A stretch of DNA of 64,000 nucleotides from assembly GCA_040220235.1 (NCBI GenBank), contig JAVJTO010000047.1, one strand, 5' to 3'. The position numbers and the translations under genes were made by a program. Below, one piece after another: positions 1 to 10,182 of this stretch (the first letter of the stretch is position 1; each line of letters begins with the position of its first letter). The notes under the pieces were generated by a model. That model had not been told where the DNA came from. It worked only from the letters and a program-made list of their open reading frames with translations, and ran no database searches. This DNA is from Coleofasciculus sp. B1-GNL1-01 (GTDB lineage Bacteria; Cyanobacteriota; Cyanobacteriia; Cyanobacteriales; Coleofasciculaceae).

Positions 1-113
1 TTTTTACACTATAACCGTCTTGCATCCTGGAATTTTCGCCGACAACAGCACCAAATTTTACCTCGACAGAGGGTTAAAACCATTGCAAGAAAGCCTATTC
101 CCTATTGCCTCTC

Positions 114-141
114 CCCACCACAAGACTTATTCAGCAGCCCC
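114..141. repeat. Dispersed CACCACAACACTTATTCAGCA(A)GCCC repeat (probable MITE end)
   Basis: Related copies at 6671-6700, 25112-25143, 43175-43210 (reverse) and 61283-61317. Confidence 0.75.
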
Positions 142-145
142 CAAG

Positions 146-273
146 TAAGCTGTTCGGCATTTAAACCTTAATATCAATAAGGGCGAAATCCTTGTAGTGC
201 GTTAAGCGAAGCCATGCCGCAGGCTTTGCATCTTGCTCGCTACCCATTCCCAATTTAAATGCATGACAGCTTA
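146..273. mobile_element. 128-bp MITE-like element, copy 1
   Basis: Imperfect terminal inverted repeats TAAGCTGTTCGGCATTTAAA / TTTAAATGCATGACAGCTTA; near-identical reverse-complement copy at 12670-12797. Confidence 0.8.
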
Positions 274-362
274 ATAAGTCCTACCATCTGCCGAAAGGAA
301 GATGCTATCGTAGCAAAATGCGGCGATAACTTGTTTAGTGTTACGTAAATATTAAGGCAGCG

Positions 363-3300
363 GTGGCACGAAACCTGAATCAAAAAAGCCTCGATCTCGC
401 CAGCCTCCCGCGAATGGCATTGGCCGCGACAAGCCTATTGGGATGCTGGATTGGCGTTGTTTTAACTCAGCCTGCGATCGCGCAAATTACTCCTGATGCT
501 ACTTTGGGTGATGAAACTTCGGTATTGACTCCGGGCGATAACCCCATAGACATTCTGATTCAAGGTGGCGCTCAACGGGATTCTAACCTATTCCACAGCT
601 TTGAACAATTCAATGTGGAAAATGGACAACGAGTTGATTTCGCTAATCCTGGTGGGATTGAAACCATTTTTACTCGCGTCACTGGTGAAAATAGTCCGAC
701 GAATATTCTGGGAACCTTAGGCGTCGATGGAGCCGCGAACCTGATTCTGCTGAATCCCAATGGTATCGTTTTTGGCGAGAATGCTCGATTAGATGTGTCC
801 GGTGCATTTCGTGCCACGACAGCAGACAGCATTATTTTTGAGAATGGGCTAGAGTTCAGCGCCACAACTCCTCAAACCCCCTCCCCTTTACTCACGGTTA
901 ACGTTCCCCTAGGCTTACAATTTGGAGCCAATCCCGGCACGATTGTCAATCAATCCGTCGCCCAGAGGGATGGAGAAGTCGTGGGACTAGCGGTGCAACC
1001 TGGTCAAACTTTATCCTTAATTGGTGGAGATGTGGAGTTAGAAGGGGGTCATCTAACCGCACCTGGGGGAAAAATTGAACTGGGTTCTGTTTTTGATGGA
1101 GAGTGGAACCTTAATTCTCCCCAATCCTCGTTCCTGAACGCTACAAGTTCGACATTAGGCACGATTCAACTGATAGAACAAGCCACCGTCAATGCAAGTG
1201 GTGCAGGCGGGGGCGCAATTCTGGTACAGGGACGACAAGTTTCTGTCCGGGATGGGTCACAAATTCTGTCAATTACTCAAGGATCTCAACCTGGAGCAAA
1301 TTTAACCATAAACGCGGCTGAGTTAGTCGAAGTGGTTGGCGCTGCACCGACTGATGATGGTTTGGTTCTCAGTAGCATTAAGGCAAATACAGTCGGGACT
1401 GGATCAGGGGGAGATTTAACCATTAACACAGGACAACTGCGGGTGCAGGGTCGAGGATTAGTCTCCGCCTCAACCTTTGGTAGCGGGACAGGGGGAGATC
1501 TAACGATTCGGGCTTCAGACTCCGTAGAACTGAGTGGTTCGGGATTTGAGGCTTTGCAACTCAGCGTTATCTTAAGGGCGTTAGCCACACCCGAATCATT
1601 GACACCCGAACTATCAGAACTACTAAATCTATTCAGTTTACCACTCCCACCCTTACAAGTGTCCGATATAGAAGGATTTGTTGGAGGCGGACTTTTAGCG
1701 GGTACTCAAGGAAGTAGTGCATCAGCATCAGCCGGTCGTTTAACCATTGATACCAGTCGGTTAGTGATGCGGAATGGCGCGATCGCCTCTACACCAACAG
1801 GTGGTGCAGGGAGAGGAGGAGATGTTTCAGTTAACGCTTCTGAGTCTGTGGAAATATCCGGTTCGGCGTTTATCACAGGGGCGCTTCAAGGAACCACAGG
1901 CGATGCAGGGAATCTTAGGTTGAATACACAAGATCTAACCTTAAACAAGGGTGGACTCCTGCAAACGGTTACCTTTGGTCAAGGGGATGGGGGAAGTTTG
2001 CAAGTGAACGCCTCTGAGTCTGTACAAATGGACAGTACACCCATTGGCGCACTTGCTCCTACAGGGATTTTTGCCAACAGTGTCTTTGGTACCGGGACAG
2101 GCGGCGATATCACCGTAAATACACGCCAGATGAGTATGCGTGAAGGGGCGCAAGTCGGAAATCAAACGGGTGCATTGACGGGATTGGGGTTAATTCCAGT
2201 GGGGGGTCCAGCCGGAGATGTTGTCATAAATGCAACTGATTTTATTGAAATTGACGGTGTATCCCCGGATGGTCGGTTTATTAGTGGTCCGGGAACCACC
2301 AGTTTTAGTGGTGCGCCCGCAGGAGATGTAACAGTTTCCACCCAAAATATGATCATTCGCAATGGGGCAAATATTTCAACCACTACTCTAAGTGCAGGAG
2401 ATGGAGGGACATTGACGGTAAATGTCTCCGATAAGCTGGAACTCATCGGTACAGGAATTACGACCGGGGGAGGAGTTGCTGTAGAAATTCCTAGTAGTTT
2501 GGTCTCTTCCTCCGGACGGGCTGACTTTCCCGCATTGCAAGCCACTGGAAATGCGGGTGTTTTAGAGGTAAATGCAGGTCAACTGATTATCCGAGATGGG
2601 GCAGCAGTTGCGGTGAATAGTCTCGGTTCTGGGGATGCGGGAACATTAGAAATTGTCGCGGATTTGATCCAGTTGGACAACGAGGGAACAATTAATGCGG
2701 CGACAGATTCGGGTCAAGGCGGTAATTTATCCTTAAAAACTCAAAACTTGCTGATGATTCAAGAGAGTCAGATTACCACCAATGCCGGAAATACAGATGG
2801 GGGTAACATTACCATCATGACCGATACCTTAGTCGCTCTAGAAAATAGCGATATTACGGCGAATGCTCAACAAGGTCGAGGGGGACGAGTTATTATTATA
2901 GCTCAAGGTATTTTTGGCACCGAGTTTCGGAAGAAATTGACGCCAGAAAGTGATATTACAGCTACCTCTGAATTGGGACCTGAGTTCAGTGGTGTTGTGG
3001 ATATCGTTATCCAGGGTATTGATCCCTCCCAAGGATTAGTTGATTTCCCCGAAAATTTCACAGATACCAGTACCCTCATTGCCATTGGCTGTGCCGCCGA
3101 TGAAGGAAATTACTTTGCCCTAACGGGGCGGGGTGGCTTACCCGCTAACCCGACTCAACCCCTTGCCAGTGAGACGGTGTGGTCAGATGTACGCAATTTA
3201 TCGGTGGCGTCTTCTCCCGCGTCTACGGCTAAAACGGAGAACAATTTTCAATTTTCCCGACCGAATCCTCAACCTCAAATTATTGAAGCGCAAGGCTGGA

Positions 3301-3395
3301 TTGTCAATGAAAAAGGTCAAGTTGAATTGGTAGCTCATTTACCGGAAGCGTCTCCCCAAAGTCCTCGCTATAAACCACAAACTTGTTCACCTTAA
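363..3395 (+). CDS. Filamentous haemagglutinin-family (TpsA-like) secreted beta-helix protein 1
   Basis: Signal peptide ending AIA-QITPD; TPS domain motifs NLFHSFEQF, TRVTG, LLNPNGIVFG; G-rich beta-helix repeats (GxGGxLxI); C-terminal TGRGGLP...EAQGW domain. Confidence 0.93.
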   Translation: MARNLNQKSLDLASLPRMALAATSLLGCWIGVVLTQPAIAQITPDATLGDETSVLTPGDNPIDILIQGGAQRDSNLFHSFEQFNVENGQRVDFANPGGIETIFTRVTGENSPTNILGTLGVDGAANLILLNPNGIVFGENARLDVSGAFRATTADSIIFENGLEFSATTPQTPSPLLTVNVPLGLQFGANPGTIVNQSVAQRDGEVVGLAVQPGQTLSLIGGDVELEGGHLTAPGGKIELGSVFDGEWNLNSPQSSFLNATSSTLGTIQLIEQATVNASGAGGGAILVQGRQVSVRDGSQILSITQGSQPGANLTINAAELVEVVGAAPTDDGLVLSSIKANTVGTGSGGDLTINTGQLRVQGRGLVSASTFGSGTGGDLTIRASDSVELSGSGFEALQLSVILRALATPESLTPELSELLNLFSLPLPPLQVSDIEGFVGGGLLAGTQGSSASASAGRLTIDTSRLVMRNGAIASTPTGGAGRGGDVSVNASESVEISGSAFITGALQGTTGDAGNLRLNTQDLTLNKGGLLQTVTFGQGDGGSLQVNASESVQMDSTPIGALAPTGIFANSVFGTGTGGDITVNTRQMSMREGAQVGNQTGALTGLGLIPVGGPAGDVVINATDFIEIDGVSPDGRFISGPGTTSFSGAPAGDVTVSTQNMIIRNGANISTTTLSAGDGGTLTVNVSDKLELIGTGITTGGGVAVEIPSSLVSSSGRADFPALQATGNAGVLEVNAGQLIIRDGAAVAVNSLGSGDAGTLEIVADLIQLDNEGTINAATDSGQGGNLSLKTQNLLMIQESQITTNAGNTDGGNITIMTDTLVALENSDITANAQQGRGGRVIIIAQGIFGTEFRKKLTPESDITATSELGPEFSGVVDIVIQGIDPSQGLVDFPENFTDTSTLIAIGCAADEGNYFALTGRGGLPANPTQPLASETVWSDVRNLSVASSPASTAKTENNFQFSRPNPQPQIIEAQGWIVNEKGQVELVAHLPEASPQSPRYKPQTCSP

Positions 3396-3426
3396 TTCTT
3401 GGGAGGATCTCAGATCAAGCAAAAAA

Positions 3427-3470
3427 CCTCTGCGTCCCTCTGCGTGAACCTCTGCGTCCCTCTGCGTTAA
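3427..3470. repeat. Tandem CCTCTGCGT repeat
   Basis: Four CCTCTGCGT units directly after TpsA 1. Confidence 0.7.
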
Positions 3471-3543
3471 AAAAACATAATTTCGATGCGAACTTATATG
3501 ATATGAACTCAAAATCATACCCTTGAGCGAAGTGTCAATACTA

Positions 3544-3684
3544 CCAATTAAGTCAGGGCGGGTTTTGTACAAACGTTATGATCAATAGCGAAACATAATT
3601 TCCTAACTGCCAATTAAGTCAGGGCGGGTTTTGTACAAACGTTATGATCAATAGCGAAACATAATTTCCTAAACCCGCCCCTAC
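3544..3684. repeat. 63-bp tandem duplication of a REP-like GGGCGGGTTT...AAACCCGCCCCTAC element
   Basis: 3544-3606 is repeated at 3610-3672; only the second copy has the closing arm. Confidence 0.85.
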
Positions 3685-3766
3685 TAAAAACCAGATTCCT
3701 TTGAGCAAAGGGTCAACACTCAACATTCCCTCTGGATACCGTTAACTATCAAAATCAGGTCAAACT

Positions 3767-6577
3767 ATGAAGTGGGCTAGTCAAATTTTTCGGCTAAAGA
3801 TTCGGTCTAGTTTGAGACGGTATGCTTCCTCTGTGATACTGTTTGGGCTAACCCTGTTTCTGGTCACCACTATATTGCCTGCCATCTCATATCCAGTTGA
3901 ATCCTTACACGCTAGTGGAAACACCGTAGGGGAGGATGTCAGGTTAGCAGATAATATTCAGGCTAATCCGATCAATTGGGTTACTCTTGGAGAAGATTCC
4001 TCGCCTACGTCCCTCCACCCAACCGACAACGTTGACCACTTAAAACGCCAACCCGCAAACGCCAAAATTGCCAATTCCCCAACCCCTCTAGAACAAGGGA
4101 TTGCTGCCTTTGAAGCGGGACGTTTTGCTGATGCAGCACAACTGTGGCAACAAGCCGCCCAAGACTATGAACAAAAGAGCGATCGCCTAAACCTTGCCCT
4201 AAGTTTAAGTTATCTCTCGCTAGCGTATCAAAATTTGGGACAAGTCCAAGACGCCGAACAAGCGATTAGCCAAAGTCTTGATCTGTTGCAACACCAAAAC
4301 AATTGGGAATCAGGGGGTTTGACGATTCTGGGTCAAGCCTTGAATACTCAGGGACGCCTGCAACTCACCAAAGGACAAGCTGAAGCCGCCTTGGATACCT
4401 GGAAACAAGCCACCGACGCTTACAGCCGTGCGGGTGATGAAACCGGAAAACTGGGAAGCCAAATTAACCAAGCCCAAGCCTTGCAAACCTTGGGACTCTA
4501 TCGACGGGCGCAAACGCTTTTAGAACAGGCAAATCAACAACTTCAAGCCAACCCTGACTCCCGCGTCAAAGTTCAAGGATTGCAGAGTTTAGGAATTGCC
4601 CTGCAAGAATTGGGCGATCCCAAAACGTCCCAAACCCTTTTAACCCAAAGTTTAGCGATCGCCCAAGATCTGAACCCAACTCCCGATACCAGTGCGATTC
4701 TGTTGAGTTTAGGGAATGTGGCGAGAGACTTACAAGAGGATGAAAAAGCCTTAGATTACTACCACAAAGCAGCTAAAAATGCAACCAATTCGCTGATCCA
4801 AATCAAAGCTCAATTGAACCAACTGAGTCTGTTGATCAATACGGAACAAGAGGACGCCGCGATCGCACTATTACCGCAAATCCAAGTTAGTCTCGCCACC
4901 CTATCCCCCAGTCGGGCGGCGGTTTATGCTCATGTCAATTTAGCAGATAGTCTGATGCGGATGAGCAGCGATGTAGAGACGTGCCATGGCACGTCTGGAT
5001 GTCAATTGATGGGTTTAACCGATAACCTTACCCCAGAAACCGGAAGCGCTAAAGCGCTCACTACGAACAGTGCGATCGCCCAATTGTTAGCCAAAGCCAT
5101 TCAACAAGCCAGACAGATTCAAGACGCGAAAGCTGAATCCTACGCCATTGGACAATTAGGCAAACTTTACGAACAAAAGCAGCAGTTAGCCGAGGCGCAA
5201 AAGCTGACGCAACAGGCGCTGAGTTTGGTTCAAGGCATTAATGCTGGCGATATTGCCTATTTATGGGAATGGCAACTGGGTCGAATTCTGGAAAAGCAAG
5301 GCAATATAAAGGATGCCGTCGCCGCTTATACCGTCGCCGTTGAAACCTTGCGATCGCTCCGTAGTGATTTGATTGCCCTGCCCAATTTACAATTTTACTT
5401 TCGAGAACGGGTTGAACCCGTCTATCGTCAACTGGTGGGCTTACTCCTCAAATCTGATCCCAGTCAAAAAAACCTCCAAAAAGCCCGTGAGGTGATTGAA
5501 TCCCTCCAACTTGCTGAATTAGATAACTTTTTTCGCAATACCTGTATCCAGGCGCAATCCCAGCAAATCGATCAGGTTGATCCCACAGCAGCAGTGATTT
5601 ATCCGATTATTCTGCCCGACCAACTCGCCGTGATTCTATCATTGCCGGGACAACCCCTGCGCCATTATCAAACCCAATTACCGGAAGCAGAGGTGAACAA
5701 CGCCTTTGTCCAACTCCGCAAATTCCTCAATCCGGTTCTGTCAAACAAACAACGATTACGCTATTCCCAAGACATTTACGACTGGCTGATCCGACCCATC
5801 GAAACTGAGTTAGCCGACAATGAGATTAAAACCCTGGTCTTTATCCTGGATGGGGCGTTGCGAAATCTGCCTATGGCAGCCCTTTATGATGGAGAACAGT
5901 ATCTAATTGAAAAATATAGTGTCGCAGTTAGTCCCGGATTGCAACTGTTAGAACCGCGTGCGCTAGACCGAGAACGGCTTCAGGCATTAATTGGTGGACT
6001 TAGCGAGGAACGTGGGGGGTTTTCTGCTTTACCGGGAGTCGAAGTGGAACTAAAAAAAATCTCGGATCAAGTTCCGTCTGAGATGCTGTTCAATCAGGAG
6101 TTTACAACAAATACACTGAAGCAGGAAATTGGTGCCATCCCTTTCCCTGTGATTCATCTGGCTACCCATGGTCAGTTTAGTTCCGAGGTGGAAGATACGT
6201 TTATCTTGACCTGGGAAGGGCAAGTTAATGTCAATGATTTGGATCAACTATTACAAGTGCGAGAACGAGAGGATAGCCAACCCATTGAATTACTGGTTCT
6301 CAGTGCTTGCCAAACGGCAACCGGGGATCAACGAGCCGCCTTGGGATTAGCGGGTGTGGCGGTGCGTTCCGGCGCTCGCAGCACTCTGGCAACTCTGTGG
6401 TCAGTTCGCGACGAATCAACGGCTCAACTTATGGCTGAGTTTTACCAGTACCTGACGCAAGCTGAAAACAGCAAAGCGGAATCTCTGCGTCAGGCACAGC
6501 TTTCTATCTTGAAAAATCCTGACTATGAGCATCCTTATTACTGGGCACCGTTTGTTTTGGTGGGTAATTGGTTATAG
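3767..6577 (+). CDS. TPR-CHAT domain (caspase-HetF family) protease 1 with N-terminal signal/TM segment
   Basis: TPR helices; IHLATHGQF and LVLSACQTA His-Cys dyad; terminal HPYYWAPFVLVGNWL. Confidence 0.93.
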   Translation: MKWASQIFRLKIRSSLRRYASSVILFGLTLFLVTTILPAISYPVESLHASGNTVGEDVRLADNIQANPINWVTLGEDSSPTSLHPTDNVDHLKRQPANAKIANSPTPLEQGIAAFEAGRFADAAQLWQQAAQDYEQKSDRLNLALSLSYLSLAYQNLGQVQDAEQAISQSLDLLQHQNNWESGGLTILGQALNTQGRLQLTKGQAEAALDTWKQATDAYSRAGDETGKLGSQINQAQALQTLGLYRRAQTLLEQANQQLQANPDSRVKVQGLQSLGIALQELGDPKTSQTLLTQSLAIAQDLNPTPDTSAILLSLGNVARDLQEDEKALDYYHKAAKNATNSLIQIKAQLNQLSLLINTEQEDAAIALLPQIQVSLATLSPSRAAVYAHVNLADSLMRMSSDVETCHGTSGCQLMGLTDNLTPETGSAKALTTNSAIAQLLAKAIQQARQIQDAKAESYAIGQLGKLYEQKQQLAEAQKLTQQALSLVQGINAGDIAYLWEWQLGRILEKQGNIKDAVAAYTVAVETLRSLRSDLIALPNLQFYFRERVEPVYRQLVGLLLKSDPSQKNLQKAREVIESLQLAELDNFFRNTCIQAQSQQIDQVDPTAAVIYPIILPDQLAVILSLPGQPLRHYQTQLPEAEVNNAFVQLRKFLNPVLSNKQRLRYSQDIYDWLIRPIETELADNEIKTLVFILDGALRNLPMAALYDGEQYLIEKYSVAVSPGLQLLEPRALDRERLQALIGGLSEERGGFSALPGVEVELKKISDQVPSEMLFNQEFTTNTLKQEIGAIPFPVIHLATHGQFSSEVEDTFILTWEGQVNVNDLDQLLQVREREDSQPIELLVLSACQTATGDQRAALGLAGVAVRSGARSTLATLWSVRDESTAQLMAEFYQYLTQAENSKAESLRQAQLSILKNPDYEHPYYWAPFVLVGNWL

Positions 6578-6704
6578 AGCGTCGATTCTACAGCGCGATG
6601 GCGTGGAGGTACACAGATCCCAGACGTGCTATGGCACGTCTCTACATTGGCTTCCTCAGCTTCCCCCGCTCCCCCTCACCACAACACTTATTCAGCAAGC
6701 TCTA

Positions 6705-6853
6705 TATAGCGCGTCCATTTGAGTTGTACAACTCAGGTGAAACCGAACAAGCAAAGAGCATAACCTAAGCGTTATAAACCACAGGCGTTTCGCAAATATT
6801 AAGTATTAGGAAAGAATGTAAATTAATTGTACAAATGATTTAGACGCGCTATA
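6705..6853. mobile_element. 149-bp MITE-like element
   Basis: Imperfect ~27-bp TIRs TATAGCGCGTCCATTTGAGTTGTACAA / TTGTACAAATGATTTAGACGCGCTATA. Confidence 0.7.
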
Positions 6854-6989
6854 TTTTTTTACTCTGATTGTCAAATAATGTAAATTAGTGTAAATTAGTG
6901 ATCTCTATAAACATTACTGTAGATTATGTTACTTAGTAACCTGTGAAAACCTGTAATCACTTTGGCTCGAAAAGAGGGGTTCAATTGTG

Positions 6990-7034
6990 TCCGACATCCG
7001 ACATCCGACATCCCATACCCGACACCCGACACCC
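6990..7034. repeat. STRR heptamer run (CCGACAT/CCGACAC)
   Basis: About six tandem 7-mers. Confidence 0.8.
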
Positions 7035-7549
7035 TGCCTACACCTCAAGTAACTGGTCAACCCTTCCGTTCTAGGGGATAAGCAACTCTGTCGCCTGATA
7101 GATATCTGACTGGAGGATTCCGGTTAAGATACGCCTACTCCCTGAATGTAAATACGACAACGTGACCACTCTGGCAATTCCTGGCGAATGACGAATTTCA
7201 GTGGGGTGCAAGTTCAACTGAGATTTGGCACTCTAGTGAGCAATTGGGATTATGGCGAAGATTACCCTGTAAAAACCCTGATTTTTCGTTGATGTACCCC
7301 TGTTTATTCAGAATTGTGACAGATGGCAGCTCAGACTCATCAAAAATCCCGGAGGGGAATTATCGCAGGGCAGACTTAGATGTATTTTTGTGATCAACCT
7401 TACATAGAAAGACTTATTACAACATAAATCTTCTCAATTTTTATTCCTATGGGTTGAGTAAAATCTAGGGGTGAAGACTGGCTATTATAAACGAAATTGT
7501 TTAAGATTAATAGTGTCATTCGCCAAGGCATTTACTGTTCAAGAGGATT

Positions 7550-8323
7550 ATGCTCATGACTTGGCAACATTACTACACTTATATTAGCTTCTTTGTCATC
7601 AGTCTGGTGTGGAACATCCTGCCGATTGAGGGGCTACCCGTGCAGGCGCAAGAAGTTACGCCGGCTAGAACATTAGCCAGTCGCTCGATGGTGACGGTAA
7701 GCTTCACACCACCACCAACTGGTGATCCACCCTTACCCAACAATACGGAAGGGGGAGGGACTCGTGATGGCGGATGTCCTCAAGATGCGAAGGCACTTGA
7801 GCCAGCGATTACGCCTGTAATGCCCGCGACTCGCCAAGGATTGACTGTTGCAGAGCGCCCGACATTTTTTGTTTACGTCCCTAAAACCACGGCGAAGCAG
7901 GCACTCTTTGTGCTTAAGGACGAAAATGAGGATTATTATTACGAAACAACCTTGCCCATGCCCAAACAAGCAGGAATTATCAGCGTAAAGCTCCCTGATG
8001 AAGCATCCAAGCTAGAAATGGGTAAAACGTATCATTGGTCGTTTCTGATGATTTGTGGCGCACAAGTTACGCCCGATAGTCCCGGAGTCCAAGGCGTGAT
8101 TAAACGGATTAAGCCGAATGGAACGTTAAATCAGCTAGACGGAGAACCTTTGTTAGAACAGGCTCTCCAGTATGGGGCAAATGGTATTTGGTTTGATACG
8201 CTGACAACCCTGGCTCAACTTAGACAATCTAATCCAGAGGATTCTTCCTTTCAAGTGGCTTGGGCAGACTTATTGAAATCGGTGGGACTCGATGCGATCG
8301 CGACTCAGCCTCTCGTCAATTGA
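7550..8323 (+). CDS. DUF928 family exported protein 1
   Basis: Signal peptide VQA-QE; GGGTRDGGC, GLTVAERPTFFVYVP, YHWSF, GIWFDTL, WADLLKSVGL. Confidence 0.9.
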   Translation: MLMTWQHYYTYISFFVISLVWNILPIEGLPVQAQEVTPARTLASRSMVTVSFTPPPTGDPPLPNNTEGGGTRDGGCPQDAKALEPAITPVMPATRQGLTVAERPTFFVYVPKTTAKQALFVLKDENEDYYYETTLPMPKQAGIISVKLPDEASKLEMGKTYHWSFLMICGAQVTPDSPGVQGVIKRIKPNGTLNQLDGEPLLEQALQYGANGIWFDTLTTLAQLRQSNPEDSSFQVAWADLLKSVGLDAIATQPLVN

Positions 8324-8352
8324 TAGTCAGTTAGGGAGTGTGTAGAAAAAGG

Positions 8353-8488
8353 TATAGCACTACGCAGACACGTTAGGACAAATTAAGAAAAATTAAAAAT
8401 CGCTCAATCCCTTGTAAGGTAAGCTTTTTTCTTCACTATTGCCTATTGCCTATTGCCTATTGCCTATTCCCTGGCGCGTAGCGCTATA
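8353..8488. mobile_element. MITE-like element containing a TATTGCC STRR run
   Basis: Ends TATAGCACTACGC / GCGTAGCGCTATA; internal (TATTGCC)4. Confidence 0.65.
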
Positions 8489-8577
8489 TCTGATGCAGTT
8501 ACGAAGGATGTAATGATGAAAATATCCCATCTGTAGGGGCGCACCGACGTGCGCCCTTTATCGATGTGCGCCCTTTA

Positions 8578-10182
8578 TCAAATGGTGTTTTTGCCGCCCA
8601 GATTCAGCGCATTGAGTTGAGCTTGGGCTTTTTGTAGCGATTCATACCATTCCTTTTGCGGATCACTGTCTGCCACAATGCCAGCACCCACTTGTCCCCA
8701 AACCGTTGCTCCAGCTTGAGAATGGCTAGATTGACTATACAGCAACGTGCGAATCAAAATATTTAAGTCGAGATTTCCCCGCCAATCTAAATAACCGCAA
8801 GAACCGTAAAATAAATTGCGCTTGACGGGTTCGAGTTCTTCAATGATTTCCATACAGCGAACTTTAGGACACCCCGTAATAGTTCCTCCAGGAAATACAC
8901 CTCGAATCAAGTCTATCGGGTCACATTTAGGACTAAGGGTTCCCAGGATATTGCTAACCAAGTGCATGACGTGGCTGTAGCGTTCAATAGTGAGCAGTTC
9001 ATTCACTTGTACAGTTCCCCATTCACAAACTTTGCCGATATCATTGCGCTCTAAGTCAACCAACATGATATGTTCAGCTCTTTCCTTCTTATTCGCAATT
9101 AACTCTTTTGCTAACTGCTCATCTTGGGTTGAATTAGCGCCACGTTTTCGCGTTCCAGCAATCGGTCGAGTCTCAACTTTTGTGCCGGATAACTGAATCA
9201 ATCGTTCTGGCGAACAGCTAATCATTGCTCCCCACGGCGTTTGCCAATAACTGGCAAAGGGGGAAGGATTAATCTGTTGCAATGCTCGATAAATTGACCA
9301 GCTATCCAAAGCAGTATACGCTTCAAACCGCAACGATAAATTCGCCTGGAAGATATCCCCAGCTTGAATATATCGTTTCGCTTGCTGTACCGCCGCCATA
9401 TAATCGTGCTGAGAGCTGTGGAAAATAGGAGTAATGGGATTACTTTTGTCCGGTTCTGGTGTATTCTTTACTTCTGTTTTCCTATCTGCCTCCTCTAGCT
9501 GACGTTGCAGGGAGTCCAGTTGAGCCACATCCGTCGTCGCTAGCCAGAGAATTTGCTGATGATGATCCAGCACTGCAAAGGATTCGGGTTCATACCAGTA
9601 GGCGATGGGGAAAGGTAGAGGATCAGTGTTTAGGTGGGGGAGTTGTTCAATCTCCCAGGCTAAGTCATATCCCAGCCATCCTAACCACCCCCCTGTAAAG
9701 GGAAGTTCAGCAGGTACAGGCGATTCTGGCTTTTGCACTTGAAGCAGGCGGCGCAGGAAAGGTAGAATGTTTCCCACAGGCGGAGTCCAAAGTTGAGGTT
9801 GAGTCTCAACAAAGCGAGGAGAACCCGCACAAATCGAATATCGAGCCAGATGAGTATTATGTGGCGTCACTGGGCTTTCTAAAAGAGTAGCAATGTGATA
9901 ATTTTCTGTCAAATCGTTCCCCAATGTCGAATCTCCTCTGGGATAGAGAAACAGCGCCTTGAAGACGTGTGAACCACTACGCTTAGCCAGAGGAAGCTTG
10001 CGCCAATGCCAAGGTTGTACGGGGTTGCAGGAAGATGGGGTGGGTTCAAATAACTCAGTCGCGATCGCGGTATTCACATCTATCCGGTGGTTATCTTGTG
10101 TTGGCAAAATTGATTCCCGTGGAAAAGTATTTGTCTCTTTTGTGATTGGATCAATCCAATTCAGCCCTAGATACTTTATCAC
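8578..10182 (-). CDS. Anthranilate synthase component I-like / aminodeoxychorismate synthase component I (start uncertain)
   Basis: PFTGGWLGWLGYDL, GDIFQANLS, SCSPERL, TRPIAGTR, KERAEHIMLVDLERNDIG, FPGGTITGCPK, GAGIVADS. Confidence 0.9.
   Translation of the reverse strand: MIKYLGLNWIDPITKETNTFPRESILPTQDNHRIDVNTAIATELFEPTPSSCNPVQPWHWRKLPLAKRSGSHVFKALFLYPRGDSTLGNDLTENYHIATLLESPVTPHNTHLARYSICAGSPRFVETQPQLWTPPVGNILPFLRRLLQVQKPESPVPAELPFTGGWLGWLGYDLAWEIEQLPHLNTDPLPFPIAYWYEPESFAVLDHHQQILWLATTDVAQLDSLQRQLEEADRKTEVKNTPEPDKSNPITPIFHSSQHDYMAAVQQAKRYIQAGDIFQANLSLRFEAYTALDSWSIYRALQQINPSPFASYWQTPWGAMISCSPERLIQLSGTKVETRPIAGTRKRGANSTQDEQLAKELIANKKERAEHIMLVDLERNDIGKVCEWGTVQVNELLTIERYSHVMHLVSNILGTLSPKCDPIDLIRGVFPGGTITGCPKVRCMEIIEELEPVKRNLFYGSCGYLDWRGNLDLNILIRTLLYSQSSHSQAGATVWGQVGAGIVADSDPQKEWYESLQKAQAQLNALNLGGKNTI

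Noticed and set aside
6900..7549. Riboswitch or ncRNA upstream of DUF928
   Set aside because: No recognisable riboswitch core or convincing hairpin-terminator found by eye
10020..10182. Novel N-terminal domain on the pabB/trpE-like protein
   Set aside because: Start codon is uncertain (alternative GTG near 10078) and the extension has no recognisable features
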